Made by a program: the position numbers and the translations under genes
The notes under the pieces: model-generated
Database searches by the model: none
Told to the model about the DNA's origin: nothing
What the model saw: only the letters and a program-made list of their open reading frames with translations
Part shown: one piece after another, positions 54,400 to 64,000 of the stretch
How positions within the stretch are numbered: position 1 is the first letter of the stretch
Layout of the letters: each line of letters begins with the position of its first letter
Assembly: GCA_973851085.1 (NCBI GenBank)
Contig: OZ316776.1
Coordinates: 10,850,001 to 10,914,000 of the forward strand
Origin: Ptychomitrium polyphyllum
Taxonomy: Eukaryota
DNA length: 64,000 nucleotides
Reading direction: 5' to 3'

Positions 54400-57300
54400 G
54401 AGTTTCAAAAAGGCGTAGGGTTTAGCAAGCATCAAAGCATGTTATTTCTCTACAATGCTTTATCATAATTTCCTAAAGCATATCTATAGACATCAACAAG
54501 TTTTTCTTTTTTTTCATTTCTCCCTTCACACAATAATTTTCCTTGCACATTGTAATTCTTTCTCCCACTTTGTTGAAGTTGCATAATTACATACATTTGC
54601 TAAATTCTTCTTTGAAGTGGAGTTGCCTTTAGAAATGTCAAAACTTGATTACTTGAAGATTTACAATACCTTTTTCAACTCATTGGCATGCTCAAAAAAT
54701 CAATTTCACATGGTTGACCAAATTTAAATTCGCCTTCCACCAACTAGAGTGTTGGCTAGAATGTACTTTGTCGTTTTTGTGAAGCAAAAAGCAACCACAA
54801 TAGAAGCAACAAGTACTTACAACGGCTAGATTTAAGTATCTTTTGCAACCTAGTACATTCTAGTGCTTAATCTTTTAGAAGACTTGGTCACTTACATAGA
54901 ACTAAGTCATTTCATTTCTTGCTTCAATATTACTTTTGTACAATGTGCTAATCAAATCAACCAAGTATACATCCTAATTCAACCTTGTCCTTAATGTCTT
55001 AACGATAAATGCCATTAAGTATATAAAATGCATAAAGGTCCTTTCTCTTTACTTGAGCTTTGCATAAATTGAAGATTGCTTCATGCCTTAGCATATAGTC
55101 CTTTTATTGTTTGCCACAAGGAACATGATGAAGATGTATGTGTGGTGCACTTTAGTAATAAGAATAAATTTTGGTATTGGTGTACAAAAGAATGCTACAT
55201 ATCTAAAAATATATTCTTGCAAGTGGCAATTTTCCATCTACTATCATTATTTAAACGAGTTGAGATGATGAAGGTCTTTTTTAGTTTAGCCAACATATTC
55301 AAAAAAAAATGGTGGCTTTTCCAAAGCCCATTTCCTTAAAAAAGATTTAAACTAATGGCCAAAAATTACAAGAATGGTAGTTAATAAAAAATTTGTAGTT
55401 ACAATAAAACTTGTCATATTATGAGTTACTTCCAACACAACACATTTATACTTTCACCATGGCGCACATTTTATGGTAACAATCATTTATCCCGCTTAAA
55501 TATGCATATCCCCTAATCTTACATTTTATTGTCTTATCAAAGTAAAGATTTGTGAAGCACAAGTTAAGGGGCAATTGTCTTTATAAAAGAAGCAAAGAAA
55601 GAGACAAGATCATTTTTCTGACTAGAGAATTAAACTAGAGTTTCATTTCATGGAATAAGAATGAATGGAGTGTTACAACACTTATGGATAGACAAAAGGA
55701 TTTATAACTTTACATTCACATTATCAATTCCATAATTACAAATCAAAATGTAAAAATTCTAAATCTAAATTAATATTATGAGCAAAATAAGTAAACATAG
55801 ATATGCACTTATATTTATATTGGCAGCCTTTCTAAAGAGAATCAAGAGTACATTGTCACTAGACGAGATGATTGAATACCTTCTTTTCAAAGATTAATTT
55901 AACTTTGTTGAAGTTGAAGATTAAAAACAAAAAACAAAAAAATCTTCTTTGGCGTATAGCTTGCAAATGACTTGGTAGATGTAGTAGGCATGCTTATCAA
56001 TCATCCAAGGTTTCTTCAAGCAAATGATTTCATTATTCATCTGAGTGAAGTTGAGGAATGTGCACTTTAAGAATATATCCATGATTACAAGAAACTCTTC
56101 TATTAAACAAAACTTGTACTTTAAGATGGATGATGCAACCAAATTCAAGTGTAGAAACCATCATGTACTTTTAAAACTTAATCTTTAGAGTAAGCAAAAT
56201 CACACTTAAAGAATTGGATGGATAGAAGACCTTGATTTGTAATTTGCTCATTTTTGAAATCTAAAAGCCAAAAAGTACTTGGAATTAGGAAGGAGTGGTA
56301 CATATAGCAATAGATGATAAAAGCGCCTAGGGAGATGCAAGAGCACCAATTGTATTGGCATCTTCTTCTTTATTTTTTTTTGCAATTTTTTCTTCACTTG
56401 TGCCAACCAATTCTTTGTATATTATATCTTGGCTAATATTATTATACGTGTGGATGGAAGAAGTTGATATTATCAAAGCAATCTAGTTATACTAAAAGCC
56501 AATAGGCAAATTACGATCATGCTTCTTTAAATGAAATATCTCATCACTAATAAATTCTAGACACCAATTGTATTATTCTTTTGCAACAAAGAACTTTATC
56601 ATGGAATATCTAATGTTTATTGGATCTTTGATTGCTTAAGCACAATGTAGTCAAAGTTTGTCTTCCTTTGACCTTATCCCAATGGAGCTCCCTTTTAAAA
56701 GGAAATACTAATTTGCAGCATTCATAAAGACTCTTATATAATTATTTAGAGTGGCCTTAAGAATCATCTCAAAGACATTACATGATGATATGTTTGTTTA
56801 TTTTTGTCCGTGAAGTCCTATTCTACCACAAAAAACAAAGTCAATTTTCATTGTAGAAGTGATGATTAAATCTATTGCAAATATTGAATGTTAGAAGAAA
56901 TAATCTTCATAAACCTAGATAAAAAATTAATTCAAGGCATAGAATACAAAGTTGGAATGGATTTGCAAAGTTGCATCACTCATCTTTATTAGGTATAGTA
57001 TATTTTTAGTACACAAGAAATTGATCAAGGTTTTATAAACACAACTTTAATGCTACTTGCGCTAATTTTTAACATTATATGATCATGAGTTATGAAGCTT
57101 TTGTATTTGCAAGTGTAGTAGAATCTTTAAAATCCTTAAAGTTGAATCTTACGAAAGCCATTCTTCATCACTAGGTCATTCAATCCATGCCAAATGAACA
57201 TTTGTATGTGCAATCCGAATTTTGCCAACTAAATTTTTTAAGTAGATGTGATAAACTTATATATAGACCATTTTAACACTTTTCAAATACACACCAATAT

Positions 57301-57600
57301 GCCAAATCTTTTAAAAACATCTTCACACTCTCAAATCCATTGTAATTGTTAATTTATAAAAATTCCATCTTATAAGGAATTCTCCAATATAAACTTAACT
57401 TTCAAAAAAAATAAGCATATTCATTTTCAAACATTCTATTCACAATTTAGTACAATTGCGACAAAAGAGTTTGATGACATAAATAAAAATTTGGAGCTTA
57501 CCAAGGTTATTGTAAGGTTATTGCAGGAGAGTCTTGGAAAAAGTACTTGGAAAAATTACTTGGAAAAATTAAGGATTTAAGTTTGGAAGAATGAGTTCTT
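54400..57600. mobile_element. Unclassified decayed transposon-like block
   Basis: AT-rich, CpG-poor, with short broken ORF remnants mainly on the minus strand. No family motif recognised with confidence. Confidence 0.3.
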
Positions 57601-58599
57601 TTATTCTTTTCAAAGAAAAAGGTTGTTTTTCAAATCTTCGATTTTTGTTGAATTTAATTGCTAACTAACAATCTAATTAGATATGTTTTTATTAGTAATA
57701 TTTTATTCCTTCTCAATCATTTATTTATCAATCTTCATTGGTCAAATTGAATACTATAGGTCATTTATCTTGCAAATAATGTCATTTTTCATATTAAATT
57801 AAATAAAATCAAACAAGAATACATCACAAAGACACCTCCAAGAAACTAAAAAGAAATCACAACATGTAAATCAAGTTATTTCTCTCTTTATAAAAGGAAA
57901 GTCTAAAAGTGCAATTATATGAAGAAATCTAAGGCTTTATTGATTATATAACCATCTCCAATTAAACCCTATACAAGGTCTTTTTTTCAAACTACAATTC
58001 ATAAGGCTTGACTTGATAAAGAATGTGAAGCAAAGCAGCTTCTCCACTTAACACCCTTTTAAACCCTAATTGGCACAAAAGTCTAGTTAATATGAAGATC
58101 AAGCTAAAATTACAAAAAAAATCTCTAAATTAAATTATATTGCATCTATATGATGTAGCTTGGCTCCCAACTCATCAATATATGATTTTTATTTGTTATG
58201 TGACAATTATTTTAATAAAAATATTTCCTCAAAACAATTTTTTTAATAATAAACAACTTTTGGTGATTAGTTACATTGTAGAAATGGAAAAGACTAGTAA
58301 AATTATCAATAGGGGTAGAATTGATTGTTTCTGAATATCAGTGTATCATTACCTCTGAACAACAACAACAGTTTTTTTGAATCTTTTTTTAAAAAAGTAT
58401 TTGGAAATGAGAATGATCCTTAAGATTGAAGAAATTCTTGGACATTAAAGGACTAATTACGGAAGGAAAACCCCTGGGAGAACAAACTGCATTAAACCAG
58501 AGTTGGACCCTGGATTATGGTTTTTCTTCTATTTGGAAAATTTTAAGGACTTTGAAAGACACTGGAATCAAGAGAAGAGCATTCAATTAAACCATTGTG

Positions 58600-60600
58600 A
58601 TGGTGGGAGTGTTGATATCTACTATGGTATGTTAGATATGAAGTAGAATTCATGGCCCCAAAGTGACCTGATATACAGAGCAAGTTATTTTGCCTTTGAA
58701 ATTATGTTTTCTAGTTGATAACAGGATACATCCACAGTGGTATACAAGCGTTCATAACATTTTTAGTATCTATTCATCAAAAGCTAGCACTTGATAGGAT
58801 TTATCTGGTTCTGTGCTTGGCTCCAATAGAAACGCTGGTAAAGGTTGCTGGTTTCCAGGGAATCACAACAGAGCACAGATTAAAAGTATCACGGATTGGT
58901 AGAAAATGATCTCCTCAATCTTGTAAATGTAAACCTCAAGTAGGCAAACTTTCTAACTTGAATGATATGTCCTGCAGGTTCAGATGATATCATGAAAGTG
59001 GTCCCCCAAAGTTGCCAGAATAATAGAAGAAGCTTTCAAGATGTGTGTGTCGGGTGCAAATTGTTGAAGAATATATGCCAAAATTATTTATCACATAATT
59101 CCAACTTCTTGATAGTACAAAACAACTCTTGTCCTTTACATAAGAAAAACATACCATAGTCAAGATTATACACTCCACTTCTATCACTCCATAACTACAT
59201 CAACTCCTGTATTATTTCTTACATCACATGACTCAAGGTTGGCAAAGGATTTGAGAGTGCTTTTATTTTAGGCCACAACTTCTTTAAATACTAAAAATTT
59301 TAAGAAGTTTCTAGCACCATTTTCATTACTTTATTATATTTATGTTCAAAAGTCAATCAAAATTATCCTAAGGCTTATTGTTAAATGGATTTAAGTGTCA
59401 CCGCCTTCCTTTAATCAAGACTTTGTCAGCATTTTCAAAGCCATCCATTCATCCAATTTTGGTGGATGACATGTGCAGCCACAAACTCAAAGCACAAATT
59501 CCGAATCCCAATTTATCCTAATTCAAAGTATGAGCAGTGATTACAACAGTGGGTTGGGGTTGTACAGTGGACTACCTTGGAACAACTCATTCCATGGAAT
59601 GTTGTCATTTCTAGATAAGAACTTACTATTATGTGCAACTGGCCTAAAATATCAAGCAGTGAATATGTTAATACATTATACATGTAATGTACGTGTCACT
59701 AGTAACCAAGTGCAGATGAAGTTTACAAAGGCATCAATTGGAAAGTGTGAGGCTCCACCAGAATGTGAATTCTGCCACTGTTTCTTGTGGGTTTTTATTG
59801 GGGAATATGTGTGCATGCCTAAACCCAGTATCAAAATTTGGCTTGCTTATACTTTATATAAGTAACCCCAAGGAATTAGCATCACTCTCTACTGGAGTGG
59901 AGCTGGTAGCCTGGTACAGTTGACTGCTAGAGGAAGTTTCTTCAAAACAGAGGGGCACAATCTCCCCCATGCTCCTCTGCCCTACTACTGTAAATGCAAA
60001 ATAAGGAAACTCAAGTTTCCATATGTGAGTATTCTGTAGCATTCATAAAAGCTTCTACTTTCTTCAAGTTCGGATTCTTTTACCCATAATTAGAGTCCCA
60101 TGCCCCTTCTGTGGGTCAAGAACTCAAAGGGTTTCAGAGTTGCTATGCATTGCGATGATTCCTGTGCCTTCAAAAGTGATTGAAGACAGTGCATTTTGAA
60201 TCAATCAATCTAATCCATATGGTGCACTAGGCCTTAGCATTTCTACATAGGGAAGCCCAATGGGTTATGGCATGGAAGCCATGAGGTAAAGAGTGGCTTA
60301 GTGTCAAATAAGCTCTGAATAAGTCAAACAAAACCTGCACTATCTTTCACAAATTTTCAATTGGATCCTACATCCTAGGCCTTGTGGAGGTCCCAGTAGG
60401 AGGTCATTAACAACTTGGAGCCAATGAAGGAGGGTAATGATTGGCATGACCCTAATATGTAATCATGCCTTGTGGGTCCCTATGAAAGTAGGTGCTGGTC
60501 ATAGGAACAAAAGCAACTTGATTCCACAAACTTACTATTGAAACTCTGAAGCATAACTGGAGGGTCAGACCAAGTCTTACGCACCACACCAAAAGGTTTG
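58600..60600 (-). mobile_element. Degenerate Ty3/gypsy LTR retrotransposon pol remnant (RT-RNaseH-integrase, possibly chromodomain)
   Basis: Minus-strand remnants in gypsy order: RT-like (…VLDPQKG…, ~60000-60230), RNaseH-like (~59740), integrase zinc-finger-like (FANLESCDV, ~59230), and 'PLPAFLLEPSTEPDKILSS' resembling a chromodomain start (~58800). Many stops. Confidence 0.4.
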
Positions 60601-60799
60601 AAAGGTTACATGGTTTGTGGAACATAAATTATCCTAGAGTAATTTAAGCATAAAATATCCAAAAGAATGTGGAATTGATTTTGTTTAAATTTTTTTGCTT
60701 AAAATAATTAAAACACAACTTGAACTTTGTTAACACAATTTGAAAGACTTTTTAACCTCTCTATGGGTAGCTACCATATGGTTCAGTGCTTGAGATTGA

Positions 60800-63700
60800 A
60801 GACTTCAGTGCTCTTCAAAATAATATGATGATATGGAAAGGGAATGAAAACATTAAACCAGAATGTTGAGTGAAAAGTGCGCTATTACTATTCATGTCAC
60901 CTTCATCTGGCATGAATCCTTTTAAGGTAAGGAGTCTAGTTGGATTAACTTAAACATGTGTATTAAACTTAAATAAGTTGAAAGTATTTTTCAATTAAGT
61001 TAGCTATTTCTCAAGACAAGTATACAATTTGTGCATATTTATACGTGATCCTTGAGGAGTGGAAAAGTTAAGACAATGCTTTGATCATCTTGGTTGCCAT
61101 ATTTATAGCCCTTAGGCTAAACTTGTGAGTAGTGATAACATGTTCACTTACAATATGCATATGACTTGAAGTTAATATAAGAAGCCATTTTAATATTGAA
61201 TACTTTCATATTTGTTAACTAAAAATTTCTGTTAATGTCAAAATTAATGATTTAAAATAAATGAAATTTATTTAAATAACTTCTTTAAGATCACTTTGAT
61301 ATGGTCCTAAGAAATGTTGGAGTAGAAAATCTGATGTTACTTTTAGCTTTTTACAATTGCAAAGTAGATTTTGATTTTTGCATCAAAAACAAATACAAAA
61401 TAAAACAAGACCATTGTTCATTTCAACTTTGATTTGATTAGCAAAATGAATGTTTAGTTTGTTTATTTTTAATTTGAAATTAGCTAAGCAATATAAATAT
61501 GCACTAAATTGAAAACCAACAATTCATGTTTTCAACTACAAAATAGAATAAAAACTCTTATTGTAAATTGTAATGATTGAAGTGATACATTAATTAATGC
61601 ATATTCAAATGAAGTATTAGAGAATTGTTGCATTTTACAATAAAAACCATATAAAGCCTTCAATTTTGAATAATAATGTGGCTCTTTAAAATTTCAAAAT
61701 TTTTTATCTAAAGAATATTTGCATGAACAACATCCTTCATAACTATGCCATATAAATTATGCAATGTTGAAGGGAAGATTATTACAAGCCAACTTGTTAA
61801 ATATGAATGATGTTAAGTTTAATGAATCTTGAACATTAATTTCTACATGACATTCTTGTTTATCAAATGAAGTGATTTCGATTCATAGAGCCTATGTAAT
61901 GATTTTAAAAGGTCTAAAATAATTTGGATTTTTTATTAAAATAGTTGAACATAAATTTCAAGGGCATATTATTTACAAAGAAATTACATATATTGGCTTT
62001 TAAAACATTTTAAAGTATATTTTTATACAATTAAGAAATCACTTTAATAGTATTGTTTAAAATACATTGAAATAAACATAATAAACCAAGTTTTCATTTG
62101 AAAAAAAATATTCCAAATATCAACAATAGGAGTTAATGATTTTTCATTTCTTTATTACATTGATTACCTTAAAATTTTGATGTTTATAACTTCTAAATGA
62201 AGTTTGAACTTTTTGTAATATATAAGTTGCACTACACAAATATGAAATTTTAGAATACTAAAAGAAAATTTCATTTGTTACTTCTTAAATGAAAGGTTTT
62301 ATTTTTGTTCTTAATATTTGGAAATATACTTTTAGTAATTACAATGTATTAAATTTTTAACTATAAGTACGTAAAATTTATTTTCAATTGAAATTTATAA
62401 AAAATAATAAATATAAATATTATGTTTATTAAGAATTTGTTATTTTTTATATAATTTTTTAAAAAATTGTAAAAAATAATGAAATGAGTTTAAATATGCT
62501 TTATAGACAAGGTTTAACATCCATAAAATTTGGCACTAATAGCATGTCTTTTAATGTTTCATTTTGAAATGTTTTTATTGACTTCCGTTTAATATAATTT
62601 GTAAAAGAAATTAAAAATTAGAATGTAAAGGGCCAAAAAAAGAAGCTACCAAATACCAAAAAGGATAAAGATGTGATGTGTGGATAAGTTGTATTAATTG
62701 CATGAAAAGCTAATGATTTCATTTATATTTTAAATATGAGAGAGCAAGTAATTCTTATAGAAATCTATCTTTTGTGCTTCAAATGTTAAAAACATTATTA
62801 TACATTTGTAGTCTTTCAATTTTGTTTTAAATATTTTGGTCCATATCTTGGTTTAAATTCTTGCATTCTTTATAGGTTCAGAATACCTTCTATCTTACTT
62901 AAATAGGTATTCAATAGTCATTTAGATCAACAATTTAATGTGATACTCACTTAGCAGTAAAACAGATGAATACAAATATCATCCAATTCCATGCTACAAT
63001 TCATTTTTTGTCTAGTTGCTTGCTTAAACTGGCATATGATCAACTATTTGGATTTGAATTTGCAAAATTGAAAAAATTCATAATAAAAGCACATCATATT
63101 TGACCTTTAAATTAATTCTAGATTTCTAAAACTATACAATATAAGTTAGTAAATCAAAAAACATTATAAACTATATCTGTGGATTTTATTGTATTTACTG
63201 TTTTATACTTTGTTTTGCTAGAATATATAACAAATTGCAGAAATCCAAAAAATATTGTTTCTCCACGGCTTCTCCTTTCTTCTTCCTTGTATCTGCCAAA
63301 TTCTTCGATTTCATTACAAAGCACAATTTAGGCATAAAATTCTTTATGTTTGTGGAAAATTGTATTAAAGTGAATCTTATGACAGAAAATTTTCATAATT
63401 AATTATTTAATTTATAAAATTTTCCTATTGCATTGATTTTTTTCTCACAAACTATTACTAAGTTTTTCAAAAATTAACAACAATTGTTAGAAGACATAAG
63501 TGCACGTCTTTATAATCATTGCTAGCTGTTTGAAAAGCAAAGTATAATCCAATGTAATATGGTTTCATAATTCTTGGTAATTGTAAACTTAATTGTTATC
63601 TTAATTTTGAACTTCAACCAAATAATTTAGCATTAAAGAATTCTAGGAATTTCTTTTGATTTCATTGGTTTTCAAATCTTACTTAAAAAAACAAAATAAT

Positions 63701-64000
63701 AATTTGCTTAGTTTATAACTTTGATTGAAATGTGAATCTTATGATGCATTGTCATGGTAATAATGTTTAAAATTCTATGGATGAAAACTTGTAAGTACCA
63801 TTTTTAATTTTCTAATAATTAAATTGAAAAGATTGAGAAACACCTCTTTATTTGGATTTTGTATATAGCAACTTTTGTGACAAATATATTAATTCACTAT
63901 TACATGTGTGATTAAACTACCTACATATTATATGTTCTAAAGAGCATTTTTCAAAATTTTGGCATACTTGATTCCACAATCGGGAGCTCAGGGTAGGTTG
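60800..64000 (-). mobile_element. AT-rich decayed transposon, probably a Helitron Rep/PIF1-helicase relic
   Basis: Minus-strand remnants 'YTKSK*RGV' (~63850, cf. EFQKRG), 'NNLPFN' (~61770, cf. PFGG) and 'HVITTHKF' (~61130, cf. AITxHKSQG), in Rep-to-helicase order. Confidence 0.35.

Overview
Eukaryotic nuclear DNA from a land plant, most likely a bryophyte/liverwort (inferred from the gene set, GT-AG intron style and composition). Intron-rich gene islands alternate with very AT-rich blocks of heavily decayed transposons and pseudogenes. Apparently intact genes: a PHD + chromodomain + B3 protein (minus, runs off the window start), a malectin-like/GDPC/LRR receptor kinase (minus), thylakoid cyclophilin CYP28 (minus), splicing factor SPF45/DRT111 (plus), photosystem I TPR factor PYG7 (plus), plastid aspartate aminotransferase (plus), tRNA-Arg(CCT) (minus) and a compact centromeric histone CENH3 (plus). 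Relics: an NB-ARC-LRR pseudogene, a TFIIIC B-block-binding subunit pseudogene, an orphan exon of the Hsp70-interacting protein HIP, and probable Helitron, Mutator-like and Ty3/gypsy remnants. The most unusual element is the PHD-chromo-B3 fusion gene. Exon boundaries were read by eye. Family assignments come from recalled motifs, not database searches.
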